A stretch of 64,000 nucleotides of DNA from Gemmatimonadota bacterium (GTDB lineage: Bacteria > Gemmatimonadota > Gemmatimonadetes > Gemmatimonadales > GWC2-71-9): assembly GCA_036679645.1 (NCBI GenBank), contig JAZDCY010000015.1, forward strand, positions 1-64,000, given 5' to 3'. The position numbers and the translations under genes are program-made. The notes beneath the pieces are model-generated. The model did no database searches. It saw only the letters and a program-made list of their open reading frames with translations, and was not told the DNA's origin. Within the stretch, counting starts at the first letter, position 1, and each line of letters begins with the position of its first letter. Of this stretch, positions 49,747-58,007 are shown piece after piece.

Positions 49747-52386
49747 ATGAACGAGATAACGCAGCGCCTTACGACGGCGATCGCCGATCGCTACAAGATC
49801 GAATCCCACCTCGGCCAGGGCGGGATGGCGACCGTCTATCTCGCCGAGGACATCCGGCACAAGCGGAAGGTCGCGCTCAAGGTCCTGCGGCCCGAGCTGG
49901 CCGCGGTGATCGGCGCCGAGCGCTTCCTTCAGGAGATCACCGTCACTGCCAACCTGCAGCATCCCAACATCCTCGCGCTCTACGACTCCGGTGAGGCCGA
50001 TTCGTTCCTTTACTATGTGATGCCGTTCGTCGAAGGCGACACGCTGCGCGACAAGCTGGATCGGGAGAAACAACTCGGTATCGAAGAAGCGATCGAGATC
50101 GCCAGAAGCGTAGCCGCCGCGCTCGATTACGCACATCGCCACGAGGTTATTCATCGCGACATCAAGCCCGAGAACGTGTTGCTGCACGATGGGCAGGCAC
50201 TAGTAGCCGATTTTGGGATTGCGCTCGCGGTGAGCCAGGCAGGCGGCAGCCGGTTGACCGAGACCGGTCTCTCACTCGGCACGCCGCACTACATGAGCCC
50301 CGAACAGGCAATGGGCGATCGCGAGATCGACGCGCGCAGCGATGTCTATTCGCTCGGTGCGATGCTGTACGAGATGCTCGCCGGTGAGCCGCCGTACACG
50401 GGCACGACGGCGCAGGCGATCGTGGCGCGCGTGATCACGGAAGACCCGCGTCCGGTCACGCTGCAACGCCGGACGGTGCCGTCGCATGTTGCGGCGACGG
50501 TACACAAGGCACTCAATAAACTGCCGGCCGACCGGTTCCCTAGTGCGGCGAGCTTCGCCGAAGCGCTGGTGCGGCCGGGCATGGTGGATACGACCGAGTA
50601 CCAGGCGGCCGGCAAGACGCCCGCGGCTGCAGCTCGTCCGGTGCCGGGTGGCGTCGTGCGCCGCGGCGCGATGCCCGTCGCCCTGCTCGTGCTCGCCGGT
50701 CTCGCGGCGTGGGGCTGGTTCCGCGGTACGCCGCCGCCGGCCGTCGCGCGGTTCGACATCGGCGTGGCCGGCAGCCCCGGTCCAGCCACCGTCAGCAATG
50801 GGGCATCGCTGGCGATCGCCCCGGACGGCTCGCACTTCGTGTACGCCGCGAGCGACGGTGGACTGTATGTCCGGGACCTCGATCAGCTCCAGAGCCGCGC
50901 GCTGTCCGCGAATGGGTTCGCGCCGTTCTTCTCGCCGGACGGTGAATGGGTGGGGTATGCGGATGGGAACTCGCTCAAGAAAGTCGCGCCGGCCGGTGGG
51001 CCGCCGTTGGCGATCGCCTCCGTGAGCGGCGACCTGTTCCGCGGGGGGTCGTGGGGCGAGGACGGCACCATTGTCTTCGCGCCCGATGTCGGCTCCCCGC
51101 TCCTGCTGGTCCCCGATGGCGGCGGCCCGACAGACACGTTGACGCACCTGGACGTTGCGCACGGGGTGACCAGCCACCGCTGGCCGGCGTGGCTGCCGGG
51201 GCAGGATGGCCTCCTGTTTCAGGCCTGTCGTGGCTCGGCAGACGTCTGTGAGATCGCCGTGCTCGACCTGCGAACGGACAGCGTCCGCTACCTGGTGCCG
51301 GGGACGAGCCCCCACTACATCTCCACCGGCCATCTCCTGTACACGGCGCCGAGCGGTGCGCTGCTCGCGGCGCCATTCGACTTGGATCGCATGGAGTTGA
51401 CGGGCAATCCGGTCTCCCTGATGGAAGGAATCCTCATACGCGCGTCGTGGAACGGCGAGTTCGCCATCGCCCGCAACGGCACGCTGCTGTACGTGGGCGG
51501 TCAGACTGCCGGTGGAGACCTGACCCTCGTGGACAGTGCGGGGAGTGGGCGAGTGGTGCTCCCGGATCTGGCCGAGGGATCCGCCCCGCGGTTTTCACCC
51601 GACGGAGGTCGCATTGCGTTTACGGCGTCCCCGGAAGGCGCCAACGAAGTCTGGATCTTCGACCGGACGTTGGCGACCATGTCCCGACTCACGTTCGAAG
51701 GGAGCGCCTTGTATCCGACGTGGTCGGCGCAGGGCGACACCGTGTACTACTCAACCGATGCGGAGTCGCCGGACCGGGACATCTGGCGACGAGCCGCCGA
51801 CGGGAGTGGGGCGCCGGAGCGTGTGCTGGAGCGGCCAGGGCAGCAGTTCGAAATCGCGGTCCCTGCCACGGGTGGGGTTGCGCTGGTTCGCGAAATCGCG
51901 TCCACCGGGCCGGCCCTGTACGCCCTGCCATTGGCCCCGGCGGGTGAGCTCCGTCCCTGGGTCGTGAGCAGTTTCTCAGAACGCTCGGCGTCACTCTCGC
52001 CGGACGCGCGATGGGCGGCCTACACCTCCAACGAGTCGGGTCAGGACGAGATCTACGTGCGGGCCTTCCCCGAGGCGGAGGGGCGCTGGCAGGTGTCTTC
52101 CGGTGGCGGCACCGAACCCCTGTGGTCGAGTGACGGTCGGACGATCTACTACCGGCGGGCCGACACGCTGTTCGCGACCGCGGTGCAGACCCGACCCACT
52201 TTTACCGTGGGTCCGCGCCGCACGGTGTTCACCACCAGCTTCCAGCAGAATTCGTCTCACACCAACTACGATCGGGATCGCCGCACCGGCGAATTCGTGG
52301 TGATTGCGCAGACCGAGGGAAACGCCACTGCGCTCGTGGTGGTGCTCAACTGGTTCGAGGAGCTACGGGAACGGATGGGGCAATGA
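49747..52386 (+). CDS. Ser/Thr protein kinase, TM and beta-propeller (K2)
   Basis: Same intact kinase motifs, TM MPVALLVLAGLAAWGW, PD40 repeats and VLNWFEEL. Confidence 0.93.
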   Translation: MNEITQRLTTAIADRYKIESHLGQGGMATVYLAEDIRHKRKVALKVLRPELAAVIGAERFLQEITVTANLQHPNILALYDSGEADSFLYYVMPFVEGDTLRDKLDREKQLGIEEAIEIARSVAAALDYAHRHEVIHRDIKPENVLLHDGQALVADFGIALAVSQAGGSRLTETGLSLGTPHYMSPEQAMGDREIDARSDVYSLGAMLYEMLAGEPPYTGTTAQAIVARVITEDPRPVTLQRRTVPSHVAATVHKALNKLPADRFPSAASFAEALVRPGMVDTTEYQAAGKTPAAAARPVPGGVVRRGAMPVALLVLAGLAAWGWFRGTPPPAVARFDIGVAGSPGPATVSNGASLAIAPDGSHFVYAASDGGLYVRDLDQLQSRALSANGFAPFFSPDGEWVGYADGNSLKKVAPAGGPPLAIASVSGDLFRGGSWGEDGTIVFAPDVGSPLLLVPDGGGPTDTLTHLDVAHGVTSHRWPAWLPGQDGLLFQACRGSADVCEIAVLDLRTDSVRYLVPGTSPHYISTGHLLYTAPSGALLAAPFDLDRMELTGNPVSLMEGILIRASWNGEFAIARNGTLLYVGGQTAGGDLTLVDSAGSGRVVLPDLAEGSAPRFSPDGGRIAFTASPEGANEVWIFDRTLATMSRLTFEGSALYPTWSAQGDTVYYSTDAESPDRDIWRRAADGSGAPERVLERPGQQFEIAVPATGGVALVREIASTGPALYALPLAPAGELRPWVVSSFSERSASLSPDARWAAYTSNESGQDEIYVRAFPEAEGRWQVSSGGGTEPLWSSDGRTIYYRRADTLFATAVQTRPTFTVGPRRTVFTTSFQQNSSHTNYDRDRRTGEFVVIAQTEGNATALVVVLNWFEELRERMGQ

Positions 52387-52387
52387 G

Positions 52388-52495
52388 ACGATTTGCGATG
52401 GACGATTGGCGATCTGTGATTTGCGATTGCCGTCAATCGCCAATCGCCGATCGCAAGTTGGCAATCGCCGATCGTTCTTGCAGGCGGGAGCTTGC
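52388..52495. repeat. Leader A: 7-nt periodic palindrome plus RBS, copy 2
   Basis: gatttgcgatggacgattggcgatctgtgatttgcgattgc / caatcgccaatcgccgatcgc... Confidence 0.8.
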
Positions 52496-55177
52496 ATGAG
52501 CGAAATCACCGAGCGTCTTTCCTCAGCGATCGCCGATCGATACAAGATCGAGTCCCACCTCGGCCAGGGCGGGATGGCGACCGTCTATCTCGCCGAGGAC
52601 ATCCGCCACAAGCGGAAGGTCGCGCTCAAGGTGTTGCGACCGGAGCTGGCCGCCGTGATCGGTGCCGAGCGTTTCTTGAAAGAGATCACCGTCACTGCCA
52701 ACCTGCAGCACCCCAACATCCTCGCGCTCTACGATTCTGGCGAGGCCGACACCTTCCTCTTTTATGTGATGCCGTTCGTGGAAGGTGATACGCTGCGTGA
52801 TAAGCTCGACCGCGAGAAGCAATTGGCAATTGACGAAGCGGTGGATATCACGAAGGCAGTCGCGTCGGCGCTCGATTACGCGCACCGGCACGATGTCATT
52901 CATCGCGACATCAAGCCCGAGAACATTCTGCTCCACGACGGGCAGGCGCTCGTGGCGGATTTTGGGATTGCGCTCGCCGTGAGCGAAGCCGGCGGCAGCC
53001 GGTTGACCGAGACGGGTCTCTCCCTCGGCACGCCGCACTACATGAGTCCCGAGCAGGCGATGGGCGACCGCGAGATCGACGCGCGCAGCGACGTCTACTC
53101 GTTGGGCGCCATGCTGTACGAGATGCTGGCGGGTGAGCCGCCGTACACAGGGACGACGGCGCAGGCGATCGTGGCGCGCGTGATCACGGAAGATCCGCGC
53201 CTAGTGACGCTCCAACGCCCGACCGTGCCTGGCCACGTTGCGGCGACCGTGCACAAAGCGTTGAACAAGTTGCCGGCCGACCGCTTCGCGACCGCAGCCC
53301 AGTTCGCGGAGGCGTTGACCAATCCAGCGTTCACGGTGCCGGCGACCGCAGCGGTGCCGGTGGTGGGTGGTGGACGGTCCGGTGTGCGGCGATTCGTGTG
53401 GCCCGCCGTTGCCGCGATTGCCGTGGCCGCGGCACTGTTCGGCTGGCTCCGGCCAGGCGCCGAGCCACCTCCCGTCATGCGCCAGGGCATCGTGTTGGGC
53501 TCGGTCGGGGCGGCTCCGTTCAGTGTGCTCAGCGGCACCGCGATCGCCCCAGACGGCTCCGCCATCGTCTTCATCGATTCGTCCGGGAGCGGGCCACAGC
53601 TCTGGATCAAGGAGCGCGACCAGCGGGATCCGGCACCCATCCCCGGTGCGGTCGGCGTGACCGGGGGGATCACATTCTCGCCGGACGGTGAGTGGATTGC
53701 ATACTCCGCCGGCGTGCAGCTCAAGAAGATCCCCCGGAGCGGTGGTGCGCCGGTGACGCTCTCGGACTCGGCCGGTGGTCCACGGCCCGCGTGGCTCGAT
53801 GACGGCACGATCGTATTCGCGAGCACAGGCGGGGCGAGACTGTTCCGGGTGAGCAGTGATGGGGGAGGTGAGGAGCGCCTCCTGGCACTGCAGGACGTCG
53901 GGCGTGCGTTTGCCAACGTCACCCCGCTCCCCGGCCGGAGGGCCGTGCTCATCACGGCCGTCGCGCTATCGTTTGTCGCAAGCGATCTGATGGTGCTCGA
54001 CCTCGAGAGTCATGAACTCGAGACGCTGGTCGCCGGTGCGGGATGGGGTGCATACGCCCCGACGGGTCACCTCGTTTACGCGCTCCGCAACGGAGGCCTC
54101 TGGGCCGCCCCCTTCGATCTCGACGGATTCTCGGTCGGGGAGGCGGTCCCGCTCGAGGCGGGGGTGCGCACGATCTTGGGGTTGGCCGAGGCCACGCTGG
54201 GAGCGGACGGCACTCTGCTCTACGTGCGAGGGCAGGCGACCGTCACTCCTGGCCGGATCGTGTGGGTGGATCGGGACGGCGGCGCGAGCGAGGTCGATCC
54301 CGATTTCGCCTTTGCCGGAGTGCCCTTGAACGGTGGAATGCGCCTCTCGCCTGACGGAGGACGTCTGGCGCTGACCCTTCCGGGTGAAGGTGCCGCGGCC
54401 GTGACCGGTGACGTCTACGTCAAGCGGCTCCCGACCGGTCCGGCCGCCAGGGTCACGTTCGAGGGGGCGTCGAATCGGCGCCCGTCGTGGTCACCCGACG
54501 GAACACGGCTCACGATCATCTCGAATCGCGATGGCGCGGGGGACGACGTGTGGATGAAGCGTGCCGACGGCGGCGGCTCGGCGACGCTGCTGGTCGATCG
54601 CGAGCGACAGATCTTCGAGGCGGAATGGTCGCAAGACGGTCAGTGGCTGGTGTACCGCACCGACGACGATCAGGGGGGCGAAGGCCGCGGCGACATCCTC
54701 GCTGTCCGCACGGACGGCGACACCACACCGGTCCCGCTCGTGGCGACTCCTGCGGAAGAAACCGGACCGGCGGTTTCGTGGGATAGCCGGTGGCTGGCCT
54801 ACGCATCCGACGAGACCGGGCGCAAGGAGATCTACGTGCGGCCGTTTCCGAATACGGACGACGGCAAGTGGCTGGTCTCGACCAACGGGGGGAGCGAGGT
54901 GGCGTGGGCCCGGTCCGGGCGGGAGCTGTTCTACCGCGATGGCGTCGGTAACATGGTCGTGGCAACGGTCTCGGCGCAACAGAACTCGTTCGAGGTACTC
55001 GACCGCCGCATTCTCTTCGACGCGACCCCTTACCTCGGGCAAGACGACCACCGGTTATATGACGTTTCCGCAGACGGTGAGCGGTTCGTCATGATCAGCC
55101 TTGGCGCGGCGGCGGTGGCGGGAGACCTTATCATGGTGTCGAATTTTCATGAGGTGTTGAGGGGGATCGGCAGGTGA
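52496..55177 (+). CDS. Ser/Thr protein kinase, TM and beta-propeller (K3)
   Basis: Same intact kinase motifs, TM FVWPAVAAIAVAAALFGW and PD40 repeats. Confidence 0.93.
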   Translation: MSEITERLSSAIADRYKIESHLGQGGMATVYLAEDIRHKRKVALKVLRPELAAVIGAERFLKEITVTANLQHPNILALYDSGEADTFLFYVMPFVEGDTLRDKLDREKQLAIDEAVDITKAVASALDYAHRHDVIHRDIKPENILLHDGQALVADFGIALAVSEAGGSRLTETGLSLGTPHYMSPEQAMGDREIDARSDVYSLGAMLYEMLAGEPPYTGTTAQAIVARVITEDPRLVTLQRPTVPGHVAATVHKALNKLPADRFATAAQFAEALTNPAFTVPATAAVPVVGGGRSGVRRFVWPAVAAIAVAAALFGWLRPGAEPPPVMRQGIVLGSVGAAPFSVLSGTAIAPDGSAIVFIDSSGSGPQLWIKERDQRDPAPIPGAVGVTGGITFSPDGEWIAYSAGVQLKKIPRSGGAPVTLSDSAGGPRPAWLDDGTIVFASTGGARLFRVSSDGGGEERLLALQDVGRAFANVTPLPGRRAVLITAVALSFVASDLMVLDLESHELETLVAGAGWGAYAPTGHLVYALRNGGLWAAPFDLDGFSVGEAVPLEAGVRTILGLAEATLGADGTLLYVRGQATVTPGRIVWVDRDGGASEVDPDFAFAGVPLNGGMRLSPDGGRLALTLPGEGAAAVTGDVYVKRLPTGPAARVTFEGASNRRPSWSPDGTRLTIISNRDGAGDDVWMKRADGGGSATLLVDRERQIFEAEWSQDGQWLVYRTDDDQGGEGRGDILAVRTDGDTTPVPLVATPAEETGPAVSWDSRWLAYASDETGRKEIYVRPFPNTDDGKWLVSTNGGSEVAWARSGRELFYRDGVGNMVVATVSAQQNSFEVLDRRILFDATPYLGQDDHRLYDVSADGERFVMISLGAAAVAGDLIMVSNFHEVLRGIGR

Positions 55178-55214
55178 GTCGATTGGCGATGGACGGAGGG
55201 AAGGTGATCGCGGC

Positions 55215-55361
55215 GGTTCCCACGCTGAAGCGCGGACTCGGCGCTGCGCGGACCGTCCTGAAGGACGGTCGAGGTACACGCCCTTCAGGGCGTGTCGCGG
55301 CCCTGTGGGCCGCGCCGAGCCGGGGCTTCAGCCCCGGAATACCGGGTACGGACGGAAGCTC
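55215..55361. repeat. Leader B: multi-hairpin REP/REPIN-like element, copy 2
   Basis: Near-identical to 49600-49746. Confidence 0.85.
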
Positions 55362-58007
55362 ATGAACGAGATAACGCAGCGCCTTTCGTCGGCGATCGCC
55401 GATCGCTACAAGATCGAGCGCCACCTCGGCCAGGGTGGCATGGCCACGGTCTATCTCGCCCACGACGTCAAACACGACCGCAAGGTCGCGCTCAAGGTGT
55501 TGCGCCCAGAACTCGCGGCCGTGATCGGCGCCGAGCGATTCCTGCAGGAGATCAAGGTCACGGCGAATCTGCAGCACCCTAACATCCTTGCACTATACGA
55601 CTCCGGTGAAGCCGACACGTTTCTCTATTACGTGATGCCGTTCGTGGAAGGCGACACGCTGCGCGACAAGCTCGATCGTGAAAAGCAGCTCAGTGTCGAG
55701 GACTCGGTCGAACTCACGCGGAGCGTTGCCGCTGCACTCGATTACGCGCATCGCCAGCAGATCATCCACCGCGATATCAAGCCCGAAAACATCCTGCTGC
55801 ACGACGGCCAGGCGTTGGTGGCGGACTTTGGCATTGCGCTGGCGGTTAGCGCGGCAAGCGGGAACCGGCTCACGGAAACCGGGCTGAGCATTGGGACGCC
55901 ACACTACATGAGTCCCGAGCAAGCGATGGGCGACCGTGAGCTGGACGCGCGTAGCGATGTCTACTCTCTCGGGGCGATGATGTACGAGATGCTCGCGGGT
56001 GATCCGCCATACACCGGCAGCACCGCACAGGCGATCGTGGCAAAGGTGATTACGGAGAAGGCGCCGCCCGTCACTGCGGTGCGGGATACGGTGCCGGATC
56101 ATATAGCTGCGGCGATTCAGAAGGCGCTCAGCAAGTTGCCCGCGGATCGGTTTCACTCCGCCGCGGAGTTTGCCGAGGCGGTCGCAAAACCTGGCCTCTC
56201 GATCGCCACGACCGCGGCGGCCCCGCTCGCTGCGGTTCCTTCTCGCACGATTTCGTTCCGGCTTCCTCCCGCCGCAGTCGCGATTCCCTGGGTGCTATTT
56301 CTTGCCGCGCTGGGCTTCGGCGTGTGGAGCATTGTGCGTTCCGCCCCACCCCCGGCGATCGCCCGATTCAATGTTGGCTTGCCGCCGGATACGGGCCTGG
56401 CGACAACCAACGGCGGCACGCTCGCCATTTCTCCTGACGGGGGTGCCATTGTGTACGTGGGGCCAAGCCGTCGCCTCTACGTGCGCACGGTGTCGCAGTT
56501 CGGCGTGCGGCCCTTGCCGGGGACGGAGGGCGCGCATACGCCGTTCTTCTCCTACGATGGTGCGTGGGTCGGATTCTATGAGTCCCCGGATCTGAAGAAG
56601 GTTGCCCTGGCCGGAGGGCCGCCGCTCACCATCGCGAACGCCCCTACCCTCCGCGGCGCCAGCTGGGGCGATGACGGGCGCATCGTCTACTCTCCCAGTC
56701 TCTCGACGGGCTTGCTAGCGGTTGCGGCCGCGGGGGGGACAGTCGATACCGTGACCAGGCTCGATGCTGGCCGTGGCGAAGTGTCGCACCGGTGGCCGGA
56801 TGTCCTGCCTGGCAGCCGCGCGGCGCTCTTCACGGTGTGGTACGGCAGTCTCGAGGGGGCGGAGATCGCGGTCGCCGACCTGGAAACCGGTGAGGTCCGG
56901 CGGCTGTTCGGAGGAACCTACGCCCGGTACGTCCGTACCGGGCACATCGTGCACAGCACCGCAGAGGGAGCACTCCTGGCCATCCCATTCGATGTCGACC
57001 GGCTCGAGGTAACGGGGAACCCCGTGGCTCTGAGCGAAGGACTGGTTGTGAAGCCGGCGGGGGTGGGAGAGTTCGCCGTCTCATCTGGTGGGACCTTGGT
57101 GTACCTCGAGGGAGAGGCCGCGGAGTTGAGCCTGGTGAGTGTTGACCGGACTGGTGGACAGCACGTGTTGGCCGAGAAGCTCTTTGCGGCCTTCGCTCCG
57201 CGTACGTCACCGGACGGGCGCCGAGTCGCTTTGCGCATATCCGCCGACGGCAATCAGGACATCTGGGTCCATGAACTGGAGCAGGCCACGATGTCGCGCC
57301 TGACGTTCGAGGGGAACAACGATTATCCTGCGTGGTCGCCGGATGGCGAGTACATCTACTTCGGCAGCGCGCGCGGTGATTCGAGCGCCCGGGATATCTA
57401 CCGGCGGCGTGCCGACGGCAGCGGCGCGGCCGAGCACTTCGTTTCGCGTCCCGGGGCGCAATGGGAAATCGAGATCGCCCCGAACGGTCATGTGGGGATA
57501 CTGCGGGAGGTCAGTGAGGTGACCGGGCGTGACCTCATGGTAGTGCAGATGGATGGTGCGGACGTCACCCCCTATCTCGTCACCAACTTCCAGGAGCGGG
57601 CGGCCGCCATCTCGCCCGACGGCCGCTGGCTGGCGTACGTGTCCGATGAATCGGGGCAAGACGAAGTGTATGTGCGCGCGTTTCCGGAGCCGTCGGGTCG
57701 TTGGCAGATCTCGGCGGACGGTGGGGCGGAACCGCTCTGGGCGACCGCTGGCGGATCGATCTTCTATCGACACGACGACGAACTCGTCGAGGCACAGGTG
57801 CGGAGCGACGAAAACTCCTTTGCCGTCGGGACCCGACAGACGCTGTTTGCTGGGCCATTCACGACCAACGGGAACCGCACCAACTATGATCTCAACCGAC
57901 GCACGGGCGAATTCGTGATGATCAGGTCGGCCGAACGCTCGTCGACTGAACTCGTCGTGGTACTCAATTGGTTCGAGGAGCTGCGTGCCATGGTGGGCGG
58001 TGGCTGA
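55362..58007 (+). CDS. Ser/Thr protein kinase, TM and beta-propeller (K4)
   Basis: Same intact kinase motifs, TM IPWVLFLAALGFGVW, PD40 repeats and VLNWFEEL. Confidence 0.93.
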   Translation: MNEITQRLSSAIADRYKIERHLGQGGMATVYLAHDVKHDRKVALKVLRPELAAVIGAERFLQEIKVTANLQHPNILALYDSGEADTFLYYVMPFVEGDTLRDKLDREKQLSVEDSVELTRSVAAALDYAHRQQIIHRDIKPENILLHDGQALVADFGIALAVSAASGNRLTETGLSIGTPHYMSPEQAMGDRELDARSDVYSLGAMMYEMLAGDPPYTGSTAQAIVAKVITEKAPPVTAVRDTVPDHIAAAIQKALSKLPADRFHSAAEFAEAVAKPGLSIATTAAAPLAAVPSRTISFRLPPAAVAIPWVLFLAALGFGVWSIVRSAPPPAIARFNVGLPPDTGLATTNGGTLAISPDGGAIVYVGPSRRLYVRTVSQFGVRPLPGTEGAHTPFFSYDGAWVGFYESPDLKKVALAGGPPLTIANAPTLRGASWGDDGRIVYSPSLSTGLLAVAAAGGTVDTVTRLDAGRGEVSHRWPDVLPGSRAALFTVWYGSLEGAEIAVADLETGEVRRLFGGTYARYVRTGHIVHSTAEGALLAIPFDVDRLEVTGNPVALSEGLVVKPAGVGEFAVSSGGTLVYLEGEAAELSLVSVDRTGGQHVLAEKLFAAFAPRTSPDGRRVALRISADGNQDIWVHELEQATMSRLTFEGNNDYPAWSPDGEYIYFGSARGDSSARDIYRRRADGSGAAEHFVSRPGAQWEIEIAPNGHVGILREVSEVTGRDLMVVQMDGADVTPYLVTNFQERAAAISPDGRWLAYVSDESGQDEVYVRAFPEPSGRWQISADGGAEPLWATAGGSIFYRHDDELVEAQVRSDENSFAVGTRQTLFAGPFTTNGNRTNYDLNRRTGEFVMIRSAERSSTELVVVLNWFEELRAMVGGG

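Noticed and set aside
6904..52495. Short periodic repeats as a CRISPR array
   Set aside because: Units are 7-8 nt, degenerate and lack regular unique spacers, and there are no cas genes.
49591..55361. N-terminal extensions in the ORF track for K2, K3 and K4 (also 5852..7285, 32226 and 27980 starts)
   Set aside because: The extensions translate repeat or intergenic DNA or overlap other genes. Paralogue alignment and RBS position favour the shorter starts used.
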